Origin: Lama glama
Taxonomy: Eukaryota
Direction: 5' to 3'
Length of the DNA stretch: 64,000 nucleotides
Assembly (NCBI GenBank): GCA_028534125.1
Contig: CM052816.1
Coordinates: 76,448,001-76,512,000, forward strand
The translations under genes and the position numbers were made by a program. Below are positions 1 to 12,355 of the stretch, one piece after another; within the stretch, counting starts at the first letter, position 1; every line of letters starts with the position of its first letter. Under the pieces are notes generated by a model. That model made no database searches. It was not told where the DNA came from and worked only from the letters and a program-made list of their open reading frames with translations.

Positions 1-1289
1 AAGTGTTTTTTTTTCTTTTGGTTTGTTACAGTTCCTTTCTAAATCTGTAATTTTATTTCTTAGCATGTTTTGACGTAGGGGTCTTACTTTTTTTTTCTAA
101 ATGTTAATCAGCTTTCTCAGGGTTCTCTCTTAAAAATCTAGTGTTTGATAATTAGAAATGTCAATTTTACCATTTGCTATTTGTGTGTGTAAATATATAC
201 AAAAAAGCAGAAAATCTAGAGTTCAAGGTAGCAGTCAAAGAAGACTCCTCCCAAACATTTTTCTTATTCTTGCTCCCTCTCCTTCCACCTCCCCAACTCA
301 GCACACCAGAGGGGTGACCCAGCCTCCCTACCACAGTCACTTTCCTTCCCACTGAGGTCTCCCCTGCCTAAAGTTCCATCCTGAGAAATGAGGAAAATTT
401 ATCTTAAAATATTATTTGAAATTGTGATTCTTAAACTGCACAAAACTTCTAATTCAGAATTAAGACCATTCTTGTGAAAGAGTCCATACAATTTACTATC
501 TACAAATAAATGAAGAGAAAGGAAGTTTTTCTAAGATATCCTGTCAAGAGCAAGGAAATGTCATCCCAATTGGGTTTAAAGGAAAGTAAGGAGGAAAAGT
601 GCATGCTTTTTACTTTAGCCTCTGCTAGCTCCTTATTTAATTCTGCTCTTCATCTTCCTGGATATATACATTTAAAAGTAGACAGATGGTAGGTAAGGAA
701 ATGGACATACAATTGCTAGGCATCAGATGTGTGTGTGTGTGTTCGTGTTTGTGTTCGTGTGAGCATCAGATGTCCCTTTGAAATCCAGATATATTTTTGG
801 AAAATAGAAATAATGTAATTGATGAAATTGGGATCAATTTCTGCCTTCTGGATAATGACTGAAATTGCCTTGGGCAGAAACTGCCTCTGTTCTGCCAGGA
901 CCATTTGGTACATATTCCCTTGTAAGGTAGCTAGCTAGTTCTGTAGCACCTGGGAGTCAGCACTCCCACAATGGGCCACGTCGCACTGGGAGGAAAACTA
1001 ACGTTCAGAAGAGGAAGGAATCACATCATAATAAAAGATGAAAAGAAACTATAATCCTTTTCCAGTCTTGAGATGGAAAGATCAGCATCATAAATGGTAG
1101 TTACAGTAGTATGTACATTAAACCCACACTCACATACACATAGTGGAGATACACTATGTATGCTCTAACTCAGTGGTTCTTAAACTTAATGTTGATATAC
1201 GGATCTGCCTAAATGACCTCAACCAATGAGTTGAAAATGAGCTATAGGTATTTTCGTAATATGTAAAGAACTATATGAAATTTTTAAAT

Positions 1290-1757
1290 AATGCAAAGAA
1301 CCCAAAGATGAATGAACAAAAAAATTTAAAAATACCTTTAGACATGAATGGCCTTTAAACATGAAAATATGCCCCAACACTCAAAATAAGATACACATGA
1401 ATTAAAACTGTACTAATACATCGCTTTTCACTGATTATATGAGCAAAAATCCAGAAATTTGATGACAAACTGATGGTGAAGCTGTAGAAAACACTCACAT
1501 AGGTAGTTAATAAGTACAAACTATTAACACTCTGTGAACATTAAATTTAAAGTTTCGTGTAACAGTTGTTACTTTTATTTATAACATCAAAATTTGAAAC
1601 CAACTCAGATGTCTACCAATAGTAAACTGGTTAAATGAAGTTGTGATACATGCATACAATGGATTTTAGGGCTGCTATAAAAAAAAATGAAACACCTTCC
1701 TATGTTCTGATATGAAAATTCTCCAAAGCACTGGGAAAATATACGTATAACGAAGTA

Positions 1758-1811
<54 letters not shown>

Positions 1812-2065
1812 CATATATATATATGTATATATATGGCATATTTTGTGTAAAATGGGAAAAATTAGATGCTATGTTCATTTGTGCTTTTATATACATAAAG
1901 AACCTTTGGAAGTGTATATATGAGAGTAGTAGAAATTATGATTTATGGGAAATGCATAGGAACTTAAAGGATGGGAATAGAAATTAGACATTTTTTAACT
2001 TGTTAGTTTTTAAATCATGTTAGTATATTACATTTACAAAGAAATTCAATTAAAAGAAACCATTG
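1290..2065 (+). mobile_element. Old L1 3' fragment (L1MC/L1ME-like ORF2 end and 3' UTR)
   Basis: Degenerate L1 motifs 'aattaaaactgtactaatacatc', 'caactcagatgtctaccaatagtaaactggttaaat' and 'catacaatggatttt'; A-rich on + strand; boundaries approximate. Confidence 0.6.
1757..1834. repeat. (TG)n/(TA)n compound microsatellite
   Basis: Directly visible dinucleotide runs. Confidence 0.95.
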
Positions 2066-2399
2066 TAAAGTGAAAGAAGAAATGTTTGAAAAGACAGAGA
2101 AATAAAAGAGGGAAGATAAATCAGTCCATTTGCATTTCCAGGTATAGATGTCAGAATAAAGCCAGATTACCGAATTTTTTTCTCCCAACACCTAAGTGAA
2201 ACAAAAATTGTAACATCTCAATAAACATTCACCAGAATAAACAGGACTGATGCTGCTTGAAAAATAGTTGTCAACAGAAACAATCCAAGTTTCTGTTCCT
2301 AAATTTTCTTAGCAATGGCACTTAAAAGAGAACATTGTTCAACAAAGTCTTGAGAATATACACTTGTATCCCTGTGTCTGAAAACATAGTGAGCTCAGT

Positions 2400-2832
2400 G
2401 AGTAGTTCTACCCAGTTTGGGATCCCCAGCCAGTGAGCTGTAACAGCTGTGGACCCCATTCTAGAGCCACACTTGGACAGAGAAGCAAATCACTGATCCC
2501 ACCCAAATGCTGAGCACAGCCTCCAGCCCCATCAAACCAGGAAACCTGGCCAGAGACACCTGAGAGCTGCAGAGCGCATCCTGCGTCCCACAAGGGAAGG
2601 GAGCAAGTCAGCAGCTCCATCCAACTTCTGAGAAAGACTGGAGAAGAGCCTTCCTCAAATACACAGAAACCAACACAAGCATCACAAGGAATCAGGTAAA
2701 CCTGACACCACCAAAGGAAACTAACAGAGCTTCAATAACTGAAAACCTGTGAAGTGGCTGAAAGAATTCAGAATAATTGTCTTAAAGAAATTCATTGAAC
2801 TATGAGAAAACACATAGATACGGAAATGAAAT
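2400..2832 (+). mobile_element. L1 5' UTR and start of ORF1 (L1M-type)
   Basis: GC-richer leader followed by 'cctgacaccaccaaaggaa...aagaattcagaataattgtcttaaagaaattc...gaaaacacatagata', matching my recollection of the L1M ORF1 5' end. Confidence 0.65.
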
Positions 2833-3368
2833 TGTAAAAAGAAGAAGCCTGACTAATACTGAATCTGTTCCTTTAGCCCTACCTTTGTGCTCTGTTGCCT
2901 GTGCTTAGTCGTGCTGGCTCTGCACCTTTGGGAAAGATTGTTGCCTACAGCCTGAAATATACATGATATGCCATTCTCAAAGCTCTGCCTCCCAAGGTTG
3001 ACCTTTAAAAGTATACATATAGAGATTAAAAAATTGCAGAATACAGAATAACATTTGTCTTGTTGGAGGTTTACAAAGATATTGTGTCCAGAACTACTTG
3101 GATAGCTGCAAGAACAAAGGATTATCACATCCCCTCTGGTGTCTAGCGGGGACCAAGAAGTTTGCAACACCAGCCACACCTCCTTCGCTTTTAGTATGAA
3201 AGAAGTCTGAATTCTAACTCAGGTAAAAAGGCTCTTTGTAACACTAGTCCTCTATCTTCACAGTCTGTTGGCTTTCCAAATAAAGTCACTCTTCCTTGTC
3301 CTGACACCTTGCCTCTCAATTTATTTGCCTTTTGTGCAGAAAGCCATCTGAGTTTGGACTTGGTAACA
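2833..3368 (+). mobile_element. Solo LTR, ERV1 class (536 bp)
   Basis: Starts TG (tgtaaaaag), ends CA (ttggacttggtaaca), AATAAA at about 3279, and a 4-bp target-site duplication AAAT at 2829-2832 and 3369-3372. Confidence 0.85.
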
Positions 3369-3372
3369 AAAT

Positions 3373-4481
3373 CACTCCCTCAGAGAGATATCTGCACCCT
3401 TGTATTCCTTGCAGCATTACTTACAGTATCCAAGACATGAAATTAAGCTGAAAGTCTATCGACAGATGACTGGATAAAGAAAATGGATGAATGGATAAAG
3501 AAATGTAAAGAATGGATGGATAAGAAAATGTGGAGATGATAAAGAAAATGTAGGGAGATATATGTGGAATGTTATTCAACCACAAAAAGAACGAAATCCT
3601 TCCATTTGGGACAGCTTGGATGCAACTTGAGGGCATTATGCTGAGCGAAATAAGTCAGACAGAGAAAGACACATATTATATGATCTCACTTATATGTGGA
3701 ATCTAAAAAGGTTAACTCATAGAAATAGAGTAAAATGGTAGTTGGCAAGGCTTGGGGTTTGGGGCTAATGAGAAGATGTTGGTCAAAACTTTCAATTAGA
3801 AGATTATAAGTTTTGGGAATCTAATGTACAGCATAGTGACTACTTAATAATACTATATTGTATACTTGAATGTTGCTAAGTGAATAGATCTTAAATGTCC
3901 TCACCATAAACACAAAAAAATGGTAATTATGTAAGGTGATAGATGTGTTAGCTAATCTAATTGTGGTGATAATTTCATAATACATACATGTATCAAATAT
4001 TCATTTTGTACACTTTATTTTTTATTTTTTTAGGAAATACAAACTTTTATTTTTTTAACATTTTTTATTGACTTATAATCATTTTACAATGTTGTGTCAA
4101 ATTCCAGTATAGAGCACAATTTTTCAGTTATACATGAACATATATATTCATTGTAACATTTTTTTCTCTGTGAGCAACCATAAGATCTTGTATATATTTC
4201 CCTGTGCTATACAGTATAATCTTGTTTATCTATTCTATAATTTTGAAATCCCAGTCTCTCTCTTCCCACCCCCCACCCCCTTGGCAACCACAAGTTTGTA
4301 TTCTATGTCTCTGAGTCTATTTCTGTTTTGTATTTATGCTTTCTTTGGTTTTTTTTTTTTTTTTTTTTTAGATTCCACATATGAGCGATCTCATGGTATT
4401 CTTTCTCTTTCTGGTCATTTTGTACTCTTTAAACTTATGCAGTGCTATATGTCAATTACATTTCAATAAAGCTGGAAAAAA
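3373..4481 (+). mobile_element. L1MA-type ORF2 end and 3' UTR, interrupted at 4017-4414
   Basis: 'gagatatctgcaccc', 'gagggcattatgctgagcgaaataagtcagacagag', ending 'tcaataaagctggaaaaa'. Confidence 0.85.
4017..4414 (-). mobile_element. Young 5'-truncated L1 3' end
   Basis: T-tract at left end, L1 3' UTR motif 'ttagattccacatatgag', 16-bp TSD TCATTTTGTAC(A/T)CTTT at 4001-4016 and 4415-4430. Confidence 0.9.
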
Positions 4482-4601
4482 CTGAAATCAAAGAAAAGGT
4501 AATAAAATAATAGAATAAGAAAAACAGTGATTATAGAACTATGGAAAAACCTTAACAAAAGCTACACTGTAACATATTTAATAAATTAAGAACAAGAAGA
4601 A

Positions 4602-4748
4602 GGGAGAGTATAGCTCAAGTGATAGAGCGCATGCTTAGCATGCATGAAGTCTGGGTTCAAATCCTCAGTACCTTCATTAAAATTAAATAAATAAATAAAC
4701 CAAAATACAGCACCCACCCCCCCAAGAAAAAAAATAACTTAAAAAAAA
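4602..4748 (+). mobile_element. tRNA-Ala-derived SINE (Vic-1-like)
   Basis: A-box-like 'tagctcaagtga', 'gcttagcatgca', B-box-like 'gggttcaaatcc', A-rich tail, 14-bp TSD AAGAACAAGAAGAA at 4588-4601 and 4749-4762. Confidence 0.9.
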
Positions 4749-4769
4749 AAGAACAAGAAGAAAACAAGA

Positions 4770-5700
4770 CAGTCATGACTAAAAATATGCAAAGGTTTAG
4801 GATAATCACAGTAAACAAAGGAGGAAAAATACAGAGATTTAAACAATGAGATGTTTATCAGTATGGGAGGAAAGCAAAGCTGAAACAATTGATGCAAAAT
4901 TGGGTCCTTGAAATAGAGGCCGAAATAAATACAGTGGAAAATTTTACTTAGAGATATAAAAGAAGAAAATTCCCTAAAATGAAGAGAAAAACTTAATCTG
5001 CTATTTGAAATGATACATCACATTCAATAAATACTGATGCTGAATAATCAATATTGTGGCATGTCCTGCTCACTACATTGAAGTATAAAACTAAAGAAAA
5101 ATATCTTCAAGCATCTAAACAAACTAAGCAATACACTTGCAAAGGGTTTTTTAAAAGTCTGGTCTCAGATTTTTATTTATTAAAAAACATTTTCGTAAGA
5201 CATTCTTATGTGCTTTTCAGCACTGTTCTAAATGTTTTACAGCCGTTAGCACAGTGACATTCAATCTGATACGGTGAAACTGACTCGTAACTGTGGAATT
5301 CAAGGAGAAAAAAAATGTTATTCCAGAATTTTTATCTAACAAAATCATAATTCACATATAGAAGCAAGAGTTCAACAATTTTAAATAAGACAGTTTGGGG
5401 AGCATAACCACCAGAGCCCTTCTTGAAAAATTACATTGTTGATGAAATCGGACTAATCAAGACATGAATTAAAATGAAGTCCTCAAACACTGAGAAGGCT
5501 TGGGAAAAGGACTGGTGAAGATCACTGAATCAATTGAAAATACAACAAATACCAAACAACTGTTAAGAATTATGTCTACAGAAATCTTAAAAATCTTAAA
5601 AAGCAATACTGATAATAAAACCGATAAAAATGAGATGGGGGAAGGAAGGGTAGAGAGAATGTAAGAATCCAAAATCCTTACCGTTGATAGAGTCAATTTT
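4770..5700 (+). mobile_element. Degenerate HAL1 / L1 ORF1-like segment
   Basis: 'aagaagaaaattccctaaaatgaag', 'aaagaaaaatatcttcaagcatc' and 'ccagaatttttatc' resemble L1/HAL1 ORF1; boundaries approximate. Confidence 0.55.
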
Positions 5701-6495
5701 CAGAAAATTGAAAAAATTAAGGAAAAATTAATTGTAACATTTTTATATTTTTCATAATTGTTTCCTCCGTCCTTTGGGTTGAAGAAGAATTGATCTGAGT
5801 GAAGCTCAGCATTTCTGTCACTTCAAGTTCAGTTTCCTTATTTTTTCCATTAGGTTCAAGTACATTTGAACTTTCAAATTTTATTAAACTTATACATATA
5901 GAATGATGACAGTATTATATAAGTAATCCTATATAGAGAGCTGGAATATACATACTATGTAAATCTGTCATACTTCCTTTCCAGCTTCCTGTTATTCTGT
6001 TTGTTCATCTTTTTCTATATAAATACATAGATGACACTTGTAATGATGCTGACCAAATGCTAATTCTAGTGATAAGATTGGAGACATTTTACATCTTCTT
6101 TGTATTTTTTTGGATTTGTTTGACAGTCCACAGAGAACTCATGTGTTTTAATTAAAATAATGAGGTCATTATTTACAAGAAAAAAAGAGATACCATCTTG
6201 ATACATGCCAGAAGCTTTTCAAAACTGTAACCACATTTTAAAAAAATATGTTAAACTATGTAACACATAGCATTCTTGCAATGGAAGAGTCATTTTCTTG
6301 GTTTCTCTGAAAACCAAAATATATCTGTAACTAAAAATAACCACTTCGTCTGATGTTGTTCATGTTTCTGAAATGGTAAACTAAGACCTTCTAACTAGTT
6401 CTGATGCCTCCCACACACTTAACTGGGTTGGGGAATTTCCCTATGTTTGCTTTTGAGTGGAATCATAAAAGTAAAAAAAATATAAGGGTCATGAA

Positions 6496-6625
6496 ACCCC
6501 ATTTTAGAGATGAGTAAGGTAAAGCTAAAGAGCTTAGTGATTTTTATAGGAAGATTCACCACTAAGTTAACTGAGGAGCCAGTTTCAAGACCTGCTTTCT
6601 GAAATCAGCCCAAATTAGCCACACT
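6496..6625 (-). mobile_element. MIR fragment
   Basis: 'ccccattttagagatgag...aaagctaaagagcttagtga' is the reverse of the MIR core. Confidence 0.55.
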
Positions 6626-7119
6626 GCTATATTACATATTTGATCTTTTCATACCATAAAGATGAATGTTTCAACAAATGAAAATACTATATCATCCGAG
6701 TAAATAAAATTCATTGACCTTGTGTTCTTTTAGGTTACTTTTAATTAAATCAAAGCTTTAAAAGGCTAGGAGACATAAATTCATAGGGAAGAAACTTCAC
6801 TGCGATGTCAACAGGATTAATATTGGAGTGCTGGCACAGAAGGTGATTTCCTTGGAATGTTTGTATTTTGTAAGTTTCTTATAATTGCAACTATCATTTT
6901 GGAATTTTAAAGGAAAAGATTATGACTCAAGAATCAGAATCTAGGAATTTTAATCCTTAGCTTCATGAAAGAAGTTTCTTTTTCCAGATAGGATAATGGG
7001 GCCATACTTCCTTTGGGGACATACTTTCTTAATGAAAATCAGCAGAAAACTGAAGAATAACTGGTAGAAAAATAACTTTTCAAATCAAAGAAACTGGTCA
7101 GTGCACAAAGGATCCTGCA

Positions 7120-7660
7120 AGCAGCAGCGAAGACTGGCATCATCACGTTTGGGGACGTCAACTCACGAGCCTGAGTCATGGCTCCAGCCCTCCCATGAAG
7201 CGGCCAGAACTGCTGTCACCACACCAATCACTTTTTTCCAGTATGCGCAGAGGAATATTCATCTGTTTCTGTGGTGATGGAGTCTTTCACAATATCCTCT
7301 GGCCAAAGAAATGTAACCACAGCCATTATGATTTCAGTCTCAAACTATTTCAGCAGCAGCAACAACAGTGAAAACACAGCAGCGGCCAATTCCCAAATAA
7401 ACTCATGTGAATGCTCCTTATTAGCTAATTGTCAAGGGGGTTTTTATGGGAAACCGTATCAAGAATGTTGCAGAGCTTCTGAGGATGCTGTTTTTCCTTG
7501 CTTGGATCTGAGGAAGAACTGGAATGCCAGGGTAGTAGAATGTGTGTGTCGGAGAGTGGGGACAGAAATGGGAGGGTTCTGAGAGGGTCTTATCCTTTGG
7601 CCGTGAAACTCATTAATCCCATGACTCTTGGTGAGTCACCGACATCCCCACGTGTGGGTT
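7120..7660. promoter_or_regulatory. Candidate enhancer-like unique island
   Basis: CpG-retaining sequence with AP-1 TGAGTCA at 7172-7178 and 7632-7638, CRE-like GACGTCA at 7154-7160 and E-box CACGTG at 7649-7654; motif presence only. Confidence 0.35.
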
Positions 7661-7765
7661 CTTTTCCCCTCCCACCTACTCACTTCCACCCCTCACTCAT
7701 AAAAAAGGGCTGATATGCTAGATAAATATTTCTCAAACTTTCTTCTGTGACATTCATAGCAGATG

Positions 7766-8265
7766 NNNNNNNNNNNNNNNNNNNNNNNNNNNNNNNNNNN
7801 NNNNNNNNNNNNNNNNNNNNNNNNNNNNNNNNNNNNNNNNNNNNNNNNNNNNNNNNNNNNNNNNNNNNNNNNNNNNNNNNNNNNNNNNNNNNNNNNNNNN
7901 NNNNNNNNNNNNNNNNNNNNNNNNNNNNNNNNNNNNNNNNNNNNNNNNNNNNNNNNNNNNNNNNNNNNNNNNNNNNNNNNNNNNNNNNNNNNNNNNNNNN
8001 NNNNNNNNNNNNNNNNNNNNNNNNNNNNNNNNNNNNNNNNNNNNNNNNNNNNNNNNNNNNNNNNNNNNNNNNNNNNNNNNNNNNNNNNNNNNNNNNNNNN
8101 NNNNNNNNNNNNNNNNNNNNNNNNNNNNNNNNNNNNNNNNNNNNNNNNNNNNNNNNNNNNNNNNNNNNNNNNNNNNNNNNNNNNNNNNNNNNNNNNNNNN
8201 NNNNNNNNNNNNNNNNNNNNNNNNNNNNNNNNNNNNNNNNNNNNNNNNNNNNNNNNNNNNNNNNN
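7766..8265. other. Assembly gap (500 N)
   Basis: Run of exactly 500 N. Confidence 1.
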
Positions 8266-8889
8266 TCTTAAATACCATCTATTGTCTTCTTAGTGAAAAA
8301 GGTAAAATGTTAGCTCTCTCATACTCCCTTCAGATAGTCCCTCACCATATGCCTCCAAAATACCATTTTAAATTTCTCAGTTTTGAGCCCTGTACTTTAC
8401 TGATACACGGCAATTATTAAATATATGCCCATGATAACGTGCTCAAACAGGTGAAAGGGGTTTCCAATGAAGAAAAGATCACTCACATTTACTGAATCCT
8501 CGCTCTGTCCCCAGAATTTTCACCTAGTTTTAAATCGCCATCACACAGAAAACCATTTCTGATTATCTTTCCGGATTGCAACATTTAAGCAAGTTTTTTC
8601 AAAGTAGAAAAGGACATGTGTTTTTGGGAAAAAGCTTGGTAGAGGAAAAATGATCTCAGATTTCAGTTGCAAAGCCTACATTTAAATCCCAGCTCTTCTA
8701 CTTCCTAGCTGCCAGACCTTCACCAACTCTGCTTCCCACCTCAGGACTCCCAGAGCTGAGTGGCAGTGGCAGTGACCATTTTTCTATCCCGCTAATCTTG
8801 TTTGCTTACCTCTTACTTGGAGGAGCCTACCACTTGAGGATTTCCAGTATTTAGAAACTTAGATATTTTAATAATTATATTATATGTAA

Positions 8890-10720
8890 ATGGAAAAATA
8901 TTCCAATTAAGACAAAGTTTGTTAGACTGGAATAAAAACAAATTGAGCTATATGCTATTTGTAAGAGATGCATATTAGCTATAAAAACACAGAGAGAATA
9001 AAAGGAAAGGAAAGGAAAGTGAACAAAACTGATGTAGGTATTCTGATGTCAAAGTAGACTTTAAGACAAGAAGTATTACTAGATATAAGTGAGCCATTTC
9101 ATGTGATAACATGACCAATTCAAGAGAAAGACATAACAATTTAATATTTGTATTCCCTTAATTATATATTTTATAAATAAAGATATAAAGTGAGAGCTGA
9201 CAAAATTGAAAGGCAAATAATTGCAAAATTAATACTGGGCATTTTTTTTAAACTGGCAATGTTAACAAATCTCTTTCTGTAAGTGATGGAAAAAAATCTC
9301 AAAATCTATAAAGATTTAGAGGATTTGAGCAATATAATTAAATATCTTGACTTTACTGATATATATTGACTACAATTACCTACAAGTATAAAATATATAT
9401 TCTTTTCAATTGCACAGGGAACATTACCAAAATAATACATCTTGGACCATAGAGTGAATCTCAACAAGTTGCAAAGAATTGAAATCCTGCAGCATTCTCC
9501 TCATGTAGAATTAAACTAGAAAGCACCAAGGGTAAAATTGCTATGAAATATTTAAAATTTTGGAAATTAATCAACACACTTAAATAAGTCAAAGAAGACT
9601 TCACAAATGAAATTAGAGAATATTGTAAATTGAATGATAATTCAAAATGTCAAAACCTATAGAATGCTGCTAAAGCTGTGTTTTGTTGTTGTTGTTTTTG
9701 TTTGTTTTTTTAACATTTTTTAATTGAGTTATAGTCATTTTACAATGTTGCGTCAAATCCAGTGTAGAGCACAATTTTTCAGTTTTACATGAACATACAT
9801 ATATTTATTGTCATATTTTTTTTTCACTAAAGCTGTGTTTTAAGGAGACTCTAAAATTTGGTAATTTTAAAGCCAATTTTCCTATGATTGATCTACAGAT
9901 ACAATGCAATCTCAATCAAAATTCTAATTTTTTTCTGTGTGAAAACTGTCACATTTTCTGTGGAAATGCAGACAACAATATAGTAAGACAATCTTCAAAG
10001 AGAAAAACAAATGAAAGCCGTACTTCCTATAAAGTACAGTATAACGACTTGCTATAAAGGTACAGTTCATTAAGGCAGCGTAAAATTAACATAAACATAG
10101 ACAAACAGACCAAGGCACCAGAAAAGAGAGCCCACCAAGGCACCATGGTGGAACCCACCATGAGTTCCACACGTGATATATGACGTGGCATATGACAAAA
10201 GCACCACTGAAGTTGAGCAGGATAAATAGTGTGTGGTCAACTGAATATCTATATGGAAAAAACTGTACTTCGAACCCCTATATATTTAATTAATTAAGAT
10301 GGTTTGTAGATCTAAATGTGAAAAAGAAAACAATAAAGTCGCCTGAAGAAAATAGGAGAAAATCTTCAAGACCTTGATGTAAACAAAGATTTCTTAAACA
10401 GAGTGCAAAACCCCCAACCTAAAAAAGAAAACATTAAAAAGTGGACTACCTTAAAATTAAGCATTTCTATTCACTGAAAGACATTTTCATATTAAAACTA
10501 TTAAGTGGCAAATCGCGGATTGGATATTTATAACACTACTTTGTAAGGGACTTATATTTAGAATAAAGAGTTCCTATAAAACAATTTAAAAAAAAGAATG
10601 ATAATGTGATTTTTAAAAAGGGCAAAGACTTAAACAGATCTTTCATAAAAGTATATACAAATGGTCAATAGGATAAGAAAACAGGCATTTCATACAAGAT
10701 GTCCAAATGGCCAATCAGGG
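8890..10720 (+). mobile_element. Old L1 ORF2 fragments (endonuclease region, then 3' ORF2) with internal deletion
   Basis: 'aaagtagactttaagacaagaagtattactagat', 'ttgatctacagatacaatgcaatctcaatcaaaattc', 'gtagatctaaatgtgaaa' and 'gggcaaagacttaaacaga'; many stops. Confidence 0.8.
9685..9826 (-). mobile_element. Young L1 3' tip nested in the older L1
   Basis: (TTG)n/T tail, near-identical to the 3' UTR in 4057-4165, 15-bp TSD CTAAAGCTGTGTTTT at 9670-9684 and 9827-9841. Confidence 0.9.
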
Positions 10721-10769
10721 AATTGCAAGTTAGAAAGATCGGCAAGTCCAACAAGGCTATGGAGCATCT

Positions 10770-11048
10770 GGGGGATGTAGAAGTGACAGAAAACAGGGCG
10801 AGAGCTTAAAGTTAGGACCTAGGAGAAGCCCGTTGAAAGCGAAACCCTGCAACTGCGAAGTAAGGACCAGCATGGGAGACCCTTCCTCTGCTAGTTTGCT
10901 GGTGCCTCCCATCGCCCAAACAGCCAAACCAAAGTTAGAAGCCGCAGGGCTCTAGTATACGTGGTGATGCAGTCTGTAAAGGTGAGGCTCCAGGGCACAG
11001 GGAAGAGTAGAGGGAAGACTGGATATGAAGGGGCAAAGGGCCAGCACA
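10770..11048 (-). mobile_element. MaLR LTR fragment (MLT1H/I-like)
   Basis: 'ggtgcctcccatcgcccaaa...tgatgcagtctgtaaaggtgaggctccagggcacag...ccagcaca' resembles an antisense MLT1 5' end. Confidence 0.55.
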
Positions 11049-11145
11049 GTTTATTTAATCATTTTTTTGTTCTTTCTATCTATGTATCTATGTATCTATC
11101 TATCATCTCTTTATCTACCTAATCTATTTATTTTTGCCTTAGCTG

Positions 11146-11148
<3 letters not shown>

Positions 11149-11180
<32 letters not shown>
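11149..11180. repeat. (TG)n microsatellite
   Basis: Directly visible. Confidence 0.95.
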
Positions 11181-11184
<4 letters not shown>

Positions 11185-12355
11185 TTGTTGCATGTGTAAA
11201 ATGAAATCAAATGGCCCAAAGAGACTTGGAATCACAAACAACTAACATTTGCATGCATACTGTATGCTAAGCGTGTTGACAGAAACTTTAGGGCTTCACA
11301 CTCACGGTACAGTATGATTAGAATGTTGGCAGTAGGAAGAGAACATTAGCTAAAGACAGTAACATAAACTGCAATGGAAATTTTTTAATGTTTCAAGGGC
11401 AAAATGGTTTTACAGAACATTTTCTTAGTCTCCATAATCAAAATTTATGAGGGAAAAGAGACAAGCATATGCTATATTATGACAGCTACTACAAATAATT
11501 TGATAGGAGATATTAATTTAACATAGCAATAATTAATATTATAGGAGTATTTATAATTTGAATGACAATCATTTGCTTATCTTATTCTCATAAAGAGAGA
11601 GTCTGAAGAGGGAGTGTTAAAACTACTACTTTTTTGCAATTTAGGGTTTTTTATATTAAGTATGTGGTTTTTCCTTTGCATGCAAAAACATGGTTGCTTA
11701 TTGTAGAAAATGGAATATGTGTTGTCATGGTCTAATCATAAAAAACATTACATTTTGATATAGTTTGTGCTAGTCTCTCAACATACTTCTAACTACACAT
11801 AATTAATAAAAACATGATTATACTTTCTGTACAGTTCAGTGCCCTCCATTTTTACTTATATCATGAATATTTCCCCAAATGTATATAATTGCATAGATTT
11901 GTATTGTCCATATCAGTAATAATTTCCTAATAATGGATTACTGATAGTAATGTTACCTCATCAAATTCATGTTAGTTACTCCAAATATCTTGATCAACAA
12001 TAGAAAATCATTTTCTTGGAGTCACCAATTTACAAGCCTAGAAGCATCTAATCAGAGCATAACCTTCACCATTTTTTTTTGACAGACTGATAGGCAAAAA
12101 AGTGGTATGTCTTTATTTTAATATGAATTTTCTTCATTAATTGAGATGAAAAGTGACATTAAAAGTATTTCCTTGTTTATTAAACACCTTTATTTCTTCT
12201 GACCTTCACTGAAATCCATTTAACTGAATCTACATCCTCTGTCTTTTTGGCTAGTGAATATTTTAAAAAATTATTTTTTAACAAAGAGTAACAATAAGAA
12301 CATTTCTTATATAAATTTCAAATTATTTGGCTAGCTTGTCTTTTAAGGTAGTTTA

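Noticed and set aside
951..968. Hairpin TGGGAGT-CAGC-ACTCCCA
   Set aside because: A 7-bp stem is expected by chance in 64 kb.
7747..8293. Long ORFs spanning N runs (also 27512-28145)
   Set aside because: Artefacts of translating assembly gaps.
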